Origin: Porphyrobacter sp.
Lineage (GTDB): Bacteria; Pseudomonadota; Alphaproteobacteria; Sphingomonadales; Sphingomonadaceae
Assembly (NCBI GenBank): GCA_032116115.1
Contig: JAUMAX010000020.1
Coordinates: 6,220-70,219 of the forward strand
Length of the DNA: 64,000 nt
Direction of reading: 5' to 3'
Every line of letters begins with the position of its first letter. Position 1 is the stretch's first letter. Under the pieces are notes generated by a model. That model was not told the DNA's origin. It made no database searches and saw only the letters and a program-made list of their open reading frames with translations. Positions 7,538 to 15,541 of the stretch are shown one piece after another. The translations under genes and the position numbers were made by a program.

Positions 7538-10500
7538 TTACTTGGCCCCGATGACGGAAACCGAGCTGTTGCCGATAGCCGTCGCCGAGCCAGCGTTGCC
7601 GCTGTTCACGAAGCTGCTGGCACCGAACGTCCCGAACGAACCGACGCTGTAGGTCACATTAGATGCAACCGCAGTCACTGCGCCGGTGTTGGTCTGCTGG
7701 TTACCCAGCGCGACATTGGCCATGCCGGTGTTCAGCGAGCTCAGCATGACAGTGTTGGCTGTCGTGTTTCCGACCGCAAAGGCCGTCGTGCTGTTGTTGC
7801 TGTTGCTGACACTTGCATTCAGCACACCCGCAGTCGTTGCCGCGCTCGTCGCGTTGAGGGCGATCGACGTCCTCCCCGTGGCGATGGCGGACACCGAACC
7901 GGTGTTCGACTGATCGTTGAGCAGCGCCGCATTTGCCTGGGCAAGGTTGGTTCCGCCATTGATCGTCGCGTTGCCATCAGCACCCGTATAGCTGGCGCCT
8001 GCGGTGTAGTTCAGCGTGTTGGAAGCGCTGTTACCGCGAGCAAGTGCCAGGGTGGTGTTACCTTCGACAGATACCGAGCTGGTATCGAGCGAAGGCAACG
8101 GGTTCGGCAGAATTCCTGCGTCGCCGCTGACAGTGAACTGAACGTTGCTGGTCGCATTAGCCACGGTGGTGGTGCTGCTGGACTGCTGGTTCACCAACAT
8201 TGCCGATGAACCAAGGTTCGCATCGGCACCCACGGACATCGTGTTGGCCGAACGGTTGGCAGTCGATTCCGACCGGGTCGCGTTGTTCGACATCGAGACG
8301 CTGCCATCGACGAGACCAGTGGTGGTCGTGTCGTTGGAGCCGATGTTGTAGACGCTCGTGGTGGCCGAAGTATCCAGCGTTCCCGTTGCATTCTGGGCGT
8401 TGACCAGAACGAACGAAGCGTCGCTGTTGGCAGTAGTGCCATTTGCAACATTCGAATTACCGGCTGCCTGAGCCACCGAAGTCGAATTGGTTGACGATGC
8501 AGTCAGCGTGTTGGTCGCGTTATTGACCACACCCAGCGCACTGTTGGCGTTGCGATCCAGTGCCACGTTCGACCCGCTGGAAACGACGTTGGCCGCCACT
8601 TCCATGTCGCTGCTGGCGTTGATGTCAGCCGTTGCACCATCTTGCACACTGGTCAGCACGCCCGACGTTGCCGTTCCGGCCAGATCCGTACCAGCAACCG
8701 TGAGGCTGTTGGTCACGGTGTTACCGATCGCTTCACCGTACGCGCTGTTGCCCGATACGCTGAGGGTCGAGTCGGTGATCGCCGTGTCAAGTGCACCATC
8801 AATTGCGAAGGTGGTGAACACTTCGGTCGTGCTGCTGCTACCTGCCAGCAGCGTCTGGGTGGAAGCCAGGGATGAGTCGGCTGTGCCTTCCGCTTCTGGC
8901 TGACCAGTCCCATTCACCCAAGCTTGGGAGTTACCGATGGCATTGTTACCATCAGCCGAAGTCGATGCGACAGTCACGCTGTTGGCCGCCGAGTTGCCAA
9001 TCGCCGACCCCTGCACCGCGTTGCCTTCAACGGCAATTGTGCTGGAGTCGATGACACCTTCAACGTCCACCAGAACACCGCCGGCGTTGAACGATCCAGT
9101 GGTGCCGGACACTGGCAGAGTTACACCGCCCGTACCGGGGGTGGCGTAGGAGAATACGCGCGTGATGGGGTTATAAGTGACGGCGTATTGGGCGAGGAAT
9201 GCATTCACCTCGTCAGTGCTCAGACCAGCAAGGCTGCCGGTCGCAACACCAGCGGTGATCGTTGCCGAAACGGTGAACGGTGCAACATCGGCGCTGCCAG
9301 CAAAACCGATCAGAGCAGAAACATCCTGCGAGCTGACCTGAGCGTTGCCAAGACCTGCAGTGACCCCGTCCAGCGTGGTTCCGTCGACACTGACCGCGTT
9401 GGTCGCACGGTTGCTGGAGGCAAGTGCCTGCAGCAGGTTACCGTTCGATTCAATCGAGGACGAAGTGACAGTGGAGTTCACGTCGGTGACAACCGCCGAG
9501 CTGTTTCCAAAGGCGCCGCCGGTTGCTTCACGCAGGCTGGCGACCACATTGCCGGCACCCGCCACCTGGGTGTTGGACACCCCGAACTGCGCGTCGACAG
9601 TATTTTGGTCGCTACCCGGATACGCATCCGACTGGGCGGTAAGCGCGCTGCCCGAAAGCGACGTGCCCGAAACCGTCAGGACATTGCTGGCCCGAGCGGA
9701 TTCTGCCGAAGTCATGACCCGGTTGTTCGAGGTTTCCACCGAGCTGCGCAGAATTGCGAGATCGATTTCAGTCTCGGCGACAGCCTGTCCATCGCCATTG
9801 ACGGTGGCAAGAATATTTGCCCCGGCAACGTTCTGGAGGTTGGCAATCGCTGCATCGCCCTGGCTGTTGACCGAAGTCAGCGTGCCGACGTCCAGAGTCA
9901 CAGCATTGGCTGCCACCGTGCCCTGTGCCTGTGCCATCAGCGTGTTGGCATTCACGACGGTGTTCGCGTCGGTCAGCCCACCTTGCACATCCATGCGGAA
10001 CGAGTTCGTGTCATCCGGAATGCTCGTGGCAGTCACACCCGCACGCACCTGCTGCACGTTGACAACGCCAAAAGCGGCGGTGGCAGTTGCATCAAGCGAC
10101 GTCGGGCGGCTGTTGGTTACACCGCCGTTCGCGCCCAGCTCAAGGATCTGCGCGTCAACGGTAAGGGTGTTGGCAGCAACGGTACCGCGTGCAATTGCCG
10201 AAGCATTGTTGCCCGCAATTTCCGCCGAACTTTCAACGACGTTACCGCGGTAGCTTACATCGACCGAAGCATTCTGCGTAGCCGTAACGGTCGAAGTTGC
10301 ATCATTGGTCTGCAAGTTCGCAATGCCAGCTGCCGAACCGACAGTGACACCCGTCAGCGACAGGCTGTTGCCAGCATCGCTGCCGACCGCAAAGGCCTGC
10401 TGGGCATTGTTGGTGACAGCAACCGAAGTGTTGGTGGCATTGCCGCTCTGAGTCTGTCCGATGGTGACATCAATGTCCGATGCACTGTTCTCGGCAGACA

Positions 10501-12196
10501 CGGTCGATGCGGTGTTGATCATTGCACTGGCAATGACGACCGCACCAGAGGCAGAGACAGCCTCGTCACCCAATGCCACCGGTGCCAGATCAACCGTCAG
10601 AGCCGCCGAAGTGGCCGTGCCGGAATTCAGCGAGGTCGCTTCCAGACCGATCGTCTGACGGGCACGGTTGCCCGCTGCGCTGGAAGCCAGAACGTTGGCA
10701 TCCACCGTGATCGTGCTGTCAATGAAGCTGGCAGTGGCACTGCCTGCAACATCAACATTGATATCAGCATTGTCCGAATCTGCCTGAAGATCAACGGTGT
10801 CCAGTTCCTGACGCGAGGCCAGCACGGCCGATGCATCAAACACTGCCGAAGAATCACCGCTGGCAATAACTGCGTTCAGGTTGTTACCCGTTGCCCCGGA
10901 CGTGATGCGGTTGGACGATGCATCAATCGAGCTGCTGTTGGGAGTCTCGACATCAACATCAACCTGGTTGCCGTCGCTCAAGCTGCGCAAAATGCCAGTC
11001 GTCACGACCTGCGTGTTCACGCCGACCAGACCGCCGCTGGCGATGACATCAGCCAGGTTGGCCGGGCCCGCACCAAGTTCGTCGATCGTTGCGCTGGCCG
11101 TATTGGCCGCCCCGGTGTTGTAGGCAAGACCATCAGCCAGTGCGATCTGCGTCGTGGCAGTGTTGCCGTTGGCCGCAGCTGCAATCGTGTTCGAAGCAAC
11201 CGACAGGCTGCTGTCGACGAACGACGTGGTGACGGCACCAGGACCGGAAATGTTGGCCCTTACGGCATTGCTCCGAGCGATAGCAGCATTGTCGGTGGTG
11301 TTCGCATCGAACGACTGCGCATTGCTGATCGCTGCCGTCACCGAGGTGTTGGCATCGTCAGCAGCAAGGCCGATCGAAGCGGTACGTGCGTTTGCAGTGA
11401 AGGTTGCAGTCACGTCATTGCCGTCGAGCGTGGCCGTTCCAGTGACGTCTGCAGTTGCAGTCGTCGAGATCGACACGAAGGTCGTCGAATCAGCCGTTTC
11501 TGCGGTCGAATCGGCGCTTGCATTTGCGATCTGCACCGACGACACCAGCAGCGTGCCCTCAAGGTCGGCAACGTCGGTGGCCGAACCCGAAAGGTCGGCC
11601 GTGACAGTAGCGTTGTTGGTGGCAAGATTGGTGTAACCAACCGGCTCCGAACCAGTGATCGACAGCGCGAAGGTGTTGCTGCCTTCGTTGATCACAACAC
11701 CGGAAGATACCGTGTTGTTCGAAACATCGACCGAACCGGTCGCGAAATCGACCAGAGTGGTGCCGATGTCTGCCGAAGAATTGGTGGCATCCACACTGGC
11801 AGTTACGCCCGTGTTGACCGACACACCCGACAGCGCAATGCCATCGTCAAGCAGGGTTGAGCTGCCGATATTGGCGAGCGAAGCCGAAACGCCGTTGCGG
11901 TTGGCAATGGCGGTCGCATCGGCAGTGTTCGCGTTGTTTTCGAACACGCCGTTGGTGACCGCACCAGTGTTGGCGGTGGTCGCATCGAAATCGACGTTGG
12001 TGGCGAGTACGGCACCAGTGTTGCGCTGGGCAGTGGTGTCACCGCCGGTGACGTGCGCCTGCAGCACCGAATCAAAGTTCGGAGCAGTCACAATGGACTG
12101 CGCTTGTGCCGGACCGGCAATGATCGCGGATGCCAAAATGGCAGTGCTGGCGCCAGCAAATAGCTGTGAGCGTTTTGTGGATATTCTACTATTCAT
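7538..12196 (-). CDS. 1552-aa secreted beta-repeat surface protein (HfaD/curli-like repeats; adhesin, fibre or S-layer candidate)
   Basis: Sec signal ending AQA-Q; about 18 copies of S-x-x-V-x-x-N-x3-A-x-A-x-G-N-x-A-x-N, mostly followed by an N-x-Q segment; rich in Ala/Ser/Thr/Asn/Val/Gly/Asp, no Cys. Confidence 0.85.
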   Translation of the reverse strand: MNSRISTKRSQLFAGASTAILASAIIAGPAQAQSIVTAPNFDSVLQAHVTGGDTTAQRNTGAVLATNVDFDATTANTGAVTNGVFENNANTADATAIANRNGVSASLANIGSSTLLDDGIALSGVSVNTGVTASVDATNSSADIGTTLVDFATGSVDVSNNTVSSGVVINEGSNTFALSITGSEPVGYTNLATNNATVTADLSGSATDVADLEGTLLVSSVQIANASADSTAETADSTTFVSISTTATADVTGTATLDGNDVTATFTANARTASIGLAADDANTSVTAAISNAQSFDANTTDNAAIARSNAVRANISGPGAVTTSFVDSSLSVASNTIAAAANGNTATTQIALADGLAYNTGAANTASATIDELGAGPANLADVIASGGLVGVNTQVVTTGILRSLSDGNQVDVDVETPNSSSIDASSNRITSGATGNNLNAVIASGDSSAVFDASAVLASRQELDTVDLQADSDNADINVDVAGSATASFIDSTITVDANVLASSAAGNRARQTIGLEATSLNSGTATSAALTVDLAPVALGDEAVSASGAVVIASAMINTASTVSAENSASDIDVTIGQTQSGNATNTSVAVTNNAQQAFAVGSDAGNSLSLTGVTVGSAAGIANLQTNDATSTVTATQNASVDVSYRGNVVESSAEIAGNNASAIARGTVAANTLTVDAQILELGANGGVTNSRPTSLDATATAAFGVVNVQQVRAGVTATSIPDDTNSFRMDVQGGLTDANTVVNANTLMAQAQGTVAANAVTLDVGTLTSVNSQGDAAIANLQNVAGANILATVNGDGQAVAETEIDLAILRSSVETSNNRVMTSAESARASNVLTVSGTSLSGSALTAQSDAYPGSDQNTVDAQFGVSNTQVAGAGNVVASLREATGGAFGNSSAVVTDVNSTVTSSSIESNGNLLQALASSNRATNAVSVDGTTLDGVTAGLGNAQVSSQDVSALIGFAGSADVAPFTVSATITAGVATGSLAGLSTDEVNAFLAQYAVTYNPITRVFSYATPGTGGVTLPVSGTTGSFNAGGVLVDVEGVIDSSTIAVEGNAVQGSAIGNSAANSVTVASTSADGNNAIGNSQAWVNGTGQPEAEGTADSSLASTQTLLAGSSSTTEVFTTFAIDGALDTAITDSTLSVSGNSAYGEAIGNTVTNSLTVAGTDLAGTATSGVLTSVQDGATADINASSDMEVAANVVSSGSNVALDRNANSALGVVNNATNTLTASSTNSTSVAQAAGNSNVANGTTANSDASFVLVNAQNATGTLDTSATTSVYNIGSNDTTTTGLVDGSVSMSNNATRSESTANRSANTMSVGADANLGSSAMLVNQQSSSTTTVANATSNVQFTVSGDAGILPNPLPSLDTSSVSVEGNTTLALARGNSASNTLNYTAGASYTGADGNATINGGTNLAQANAALLNDQSNTGSVSAIATGRTSIALNATSAATTAGVLNASVSNSNNSTTAFAVGNTTANTVMLSSLNTGMANVALGNQQTNTGAVTAVASNVTYSVGSFGTFGASSFVNSGNAGSATAIGNSSVSVIGAK

Positions 12197-12251
12197 TAGA
12201 TACAGTTCCCTTTTGGATTTGCGTGCGTTTGATTTTATTTTGCAACCCGAG

Positions 12252-13616
12252 TTACTTTATTTTTATTTGTATTTTTGCGATTTCCTGGAACCCCGGGCCA
12301 TCACGATATATTGCGGAATCGCCCGAAGATGGCCTCCAGTTCACTTGCACCGCTGAAGCAGGTACCCCCCTGTTTGAAAGCGCGGCGACTACCGCCGCAA
12401 TGCGCTGGTCCAGCAGGGCGTCGCGCCGTGCCGGATCCCAGTTCTCAGTGTCCCGCGCGACCAAAGTCACCGAGACAGTGCCCTCGCCCGAAAGCTGGGC
12501 AATCATGTCCAGCACGGATTGTGCGCTCGACATGAGATTGGAATCGCCGAACTCGAAGCCGAGCTGCATCTGGCCGGCAGCGGAAGATGCACCCTTCGCG
12601 TCCAGTTCGTTGAGCGAGCGAGCGGCTGTGGGAGTCGGCATTGCCGGAGCCTGCACAGGCGCGGGGACGTATCCTTCCTGGCTCGAAACCAACAAAGACC
12701 GTCCGCGCAGTTCGTCTGCCGACTTCTCGGGAATGGTATCGAGGCGCTGCGCCATGCAAGTCGCCGGGTCGACGTTCTTGACCGAGGCAACCAGCTTAAG
12801 AACGCCCTCCTCGAGCGCCGTGCGGATCCCAAGCTGCAAGGGCTCCTGGCCCTTCGCACCGATATTGATGTCGAACAGTTCGGTGCCGAAAAAGCGAAAG
12901 ACGCCGGCACCAATCTCGTACCCGCTGAATTGCTTTGTCAGGCTCACCGTTTTCAGCACCAGCAGTGAACGTGTATCGACAATCCGCAGGTCGATAGCGA
13001 CGCTTTGCGTGTACACACGCGCTTCCGGGCCGACATTGTTGACTGTGATTTGCGCACCGCCGGAGCGGATGTTGTAGTTTACTTCCGTGATGCCGCCGAC
13101 AATGTAGTAATCAGACTGCGCAATCGTCCCGCCAAAGTAAGGAAGCCACGGCACGCGATCACCATTTACCTGATGCACTTGGCCGTTGCCAAGCTGACGA
13201 CGATCCGTGTAGCCCAATTCGCGCTCGGCAATTGTCGGGTCAAAGCGCTCAGCTATCCGGAGCGGCCCGCCGATCTTTCCAAGTGCAGAATACACCATCA
13301 GCGATCCGCCCTGCGTGATCGCGTTGCCTTCATTGATGGAATATTTGCCGGTGTAATCGCGAACTTCTCCGACCGCGACGACAACAGGTTGGGAGGTCGT
13401 TGCAGTCAGCTGATCACCGAAGCAAGCGAGCGCCCCCTCCATCGGCGAGCGATTGTCACGAACTGGCGCACCGATTGCGATCGGCACTTCGCCCGGCGCG
13501 ACCCGCTGGCTGTCGAGGCCTACTCCCGTCGCGGCACAGCCTGAAAGGCCGCTGCCGAGCAAGGTAACCATCGCCGCAATTGCAGCGCGCGGAGTTTTGC
13601 GATTTGCGGAATGCAT
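12252..13616 (-). CDS. hfaB: HfaB/CsgG-family outer membrane lipoprotein with C-terminal OmpA-like domain
   Basis: Lipobox LSGC; VGEVRDYTGK, ITQGGSLM, SDYYIVGGITEVNYNIRSG, AIDLRIVDTRSL, EPLQLGIR match HfaB/CsgG as recalled; tail GFEFGDSNL...QRIAAVVAAL..RGVPAS resembles OmpA_C. Confidence 0.85.
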   Translation of the reverse strand: MHSANRKTPRAAIAAMVTLLGSGLSGCAATGVGLDSQRVAPGEVPIAIGAPVRDNRSPMEGALACFGDQLTATTSQPVVVAVGEVRDYTGKYSINEGNAITQGGSLMVYSALGKIGGPLRIAERFDPTIAERELGYTDRRQLGNGQVHQVNGDRVPWLPYFGGTIAQSDYYIVGGITEVNYNIRSGGAQITVNNVGPEARVYTQSVAIDLRIVDTRSLLVLKTVSLTKQFSGYEIGAGVFRFFGTELFDINIGAKGQEPLQLGIRTALEEGVLKLVASVKNVDPATCMAQRLDTIPEKSADELRGRSLLVSSQEGYVPAPVQAPAMPTPTAARSLNELDAKGASSAAGQMQLGFEFGDSNLMSSAQSVLDMIAQLSGEGTVSVTLVARDTENWDPARRDALLDQRIAAVVAALSNRGVPASAVQVNWRPSSGDSAIYRDGPGFQEIAKIQIKIK

Positions 13617-13622
13617 GGGGCT

Positions 13623-14156
13623 CTATCCAGCTGCCGCATACTGGCAAGCCGACGATCCATTGATGGTCGACGTCTGGTTGCCCGAGTTCGTCTGGCGGGT
13701 ATTGAGCGCCTGGAAATTGTCACCTCGGACAGAGGTTGACATCGAACCCGATGATCCAGCGGCGACTGCACCCGAATTGCCCTGCGTCGTTGTATCGGTG
13801 CTGCCGTCACCCGGTCCGCCAGCTGCGTATGTCGTGTCATTCTGGTTACCGGTCGCATCAGTATTGTGCCCTGCCGTGCTGGGCGAGTTGGCGACCGCAT
13901 TTGACGACGACTCATTTCCAGTCGCAGTCGAATTGACCGAGCAATTATACTGATCATCGATGTAGGTATTATATATTGGGGCCGAATAATAACCGTTTAT
14001 TCCGCGCTGACGCACTTCTTCAAGATACATAAGCGCCGCTCTATCGGCTGGTGTGTTGAATTGCCAAGCCGCATTTTCGCCAACGTTATTGGCAAATGAT
14101 GGCTGCGCGACAAGAGATCCAACCATGGATATTGCGAGAAACAACTTCTTGGGCAT
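13623..14156 (-). CDS. Small secreted Asn/Ser/Thr/Gly-rich protein, HfaA/CsgA-like subunit candidate
   Basis: ATG 14156, signal ending SFA-N; STATGN, TDATGN, QTNSGNQ motifs shared with the giant protein; sits directly upstream of hfaB as hfaA does. Confidence 0.7.
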   Translation of the reverse strand: MPKKLFLAISMVGSLVAQPSFANNVGENAAWQFNTPADRAALMYLEEVRQRGINGYYSAPIYNTYIDDQYNCSVNSTATGNESSSNAVANSPSTAGHNTDATGNQNDTTYAAGGPGDGSTDTTTQGNSGAVAAGSSGSMSTSVRGDNFQALNTRQTNSGNQTSTINGSSACQYAAAG

Positions 14157-14212
14157 TTCGTTTAACCTAATGAACTGGGAAATTCGGACGTCGCTTGAAG
14201 ATGCGGGGGCCG

Positions 14213-15541
14213 TCACAATGCAGGCATCGAACAAGCCGACGCCTCGTGCTGCGCATGAGGCGCCGCCACCTTCGCCCAGGATCTGGAAATTCGTTGACCA
14301 CCGCACCACGCGCCCTTTTGCAGCGCAGCGCGACTTTCACGCGCGACAGTAGCCAGGTTGATACAGTCCACACCGTCGACAATGACCTCGGCACCCAAGG
14401 CGTGCGCCAATCCGACAAGGTAAGAAAGTGGATCACCGCCAAATTGGGTGCGCAATGTTTGCGAGAGAAAATGCCTGTCAATCGTCACAAAATCGGGAGT
14501 GAAAGCGACCAGATCGCGCAACGACGTCGAGCCTAGGCCGAAGTTGCCGAAGGATATGCGACAACCTTGCCGCCTGAGCATGGCGAGCGTTTCGCTCATA
14601 CCTGGGGCCGCGCAGGCCACTGCAGATCCTCTGACCTCAACGATCAGGTCACGCGCTACACCGCCGCCGCGCTCGAGCTTTTCGAGAATTCCGCGCCAGA
14701 AATGTTGATCGGAGAGGCTTTCGTGAGAGACTGAGACCAATAATGAGACCGCGCCACGCGCTTCAATCAACTCGTCGGCCGCACGCGAGACGATATAGCT
14801 GTCAAGCAAATGGACGAGGCCAACTCGCTCTGATGCTGCTATTACCTGCTCGCAGGCCGCAGGCTGACCATCCGCTCTGATCAACGCAAGCGTCGCTTCG
14901 TAGAAGGCCGATCCGCCTGGCGCGGCCGCTCTGCCGACGGGCCGCCAGCCAATATCGACATCGACGACATCTCTTGCCAGTCCGACTCGCTCGGCTTCGC
15001 GAAATCCACCAATTGCGGCAAGTACGGGCGACAAGACCGCCATATCAGTACGATACGAGCGCCGAGCAGCCTCGACAGCCGACAGGATGATGACATCTGG
15101 ACCGGCCGCAGCGACGCCATTATTCAGACAGCGCTCTGAACCATCAAGATTGATTACGGAGGCGTGGAGATGAACCGGCCCCGCGGCGGTGAACACTGGT
15201 TCGAGAACAATGTCTCTGATGAGCGCTTCGAGCCAATCGCTTTCGGCATGGTCGAACCGATCAGAGCCGCGCTTGGGCGCGCCCCAGAAGATCACCCCTA
15301 CGCGTGCTGCACCTTCGGGGCTTGCTACGCCGGCCGAACCGAGCCCGGCCTGCACACGCGCCAACAAGGTGGCAAACGCAGCTTGCGCAACTTCGAGGCC
15401 GAACGCCTCGACGATCATTTGATAGTTTTGTATTTCTATTACGAACACTTGCTCCGACCTGACGTCGGATAAACGCTGCCGTAGAGAGGGGTGAATCAGT
15501 ATCTTGTTCGACAATTGCAAATCGCTGAGATCCACGTCCAC
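14213..15541 (-). CDS. Degenerate GGDEF-EAL protein (probably catalytically inactive)
   Basis: EAL-fold landmarks FYEATL, LIVEV, FGNFGLGSTSL, VTIDRHF, VIVDGVD; eroded N-terminal GGDEF-like segment; GTG start. Confidence 0.8.
   Translation of the reverse strand: MDVDLSDLQLSNKILIHPSLRQRLSDVRSEQVFVIEIQNYQMIVEAFGLEVAQAAFATLLARVQAGLGSAGVASPEGAARVGVIFWGAPKRGSDRFDHAESDWLEALIRDIVLEPVFTAAGPVHLHASVINLDGSERCLNNGVAAAGPDVIILSAVEAARRSYRTDMAVLSPVLAAIGGFREAERVGLARDVVDVDIGWRPVGRAAAPGGSAFYEATLALIRADGQPAACEQVIAASERVGLVHLLDSYIVSRAADELIEARGAVSLLVSVSHESLSDQHFWRGILEKLERGGGVARDLIVEVRGSAVACAAPGMSETLAMLRRQGCRISFGNFGLGSTSLRDLVAFTPDFVTIDRHFLSQTLRTQFGGDPLSYLVGLAHALGAEVIVDGVDCINLATVARESRAALQKGAWCGGQRISRSWAKVAAPHAQHEASACSMPAL

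Noticed and set aside
8924-11860. 978-aa plus-strand ORF antisense to the giant repeat gene
   Set aside because: Its codons coincide exactly with the minus-strand codons (offset from 7538 is divisible by 3), so it stays open only because TTA/CTA/TCA codons are rare in the real gene; the translation has no recognisable motifs.
7538-12196. Calling the giant protein an RTX, autotransporter or RsaA-type S-layer protein
   Set aside because: No GGxGxD repeats, no C-terminal beta-barrel ending in an aromatic residue, it has a Sec signal, and no T1SS genes are adjacent; an S-layer-like role remains possible but is unsupported as a family call.
14156-14309. N-terminal extension of the HfaA-like ORF to 14309
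   Set aside because: Overlaps the EAL gene 3' end; the signal peptide begins at ATG 14156.
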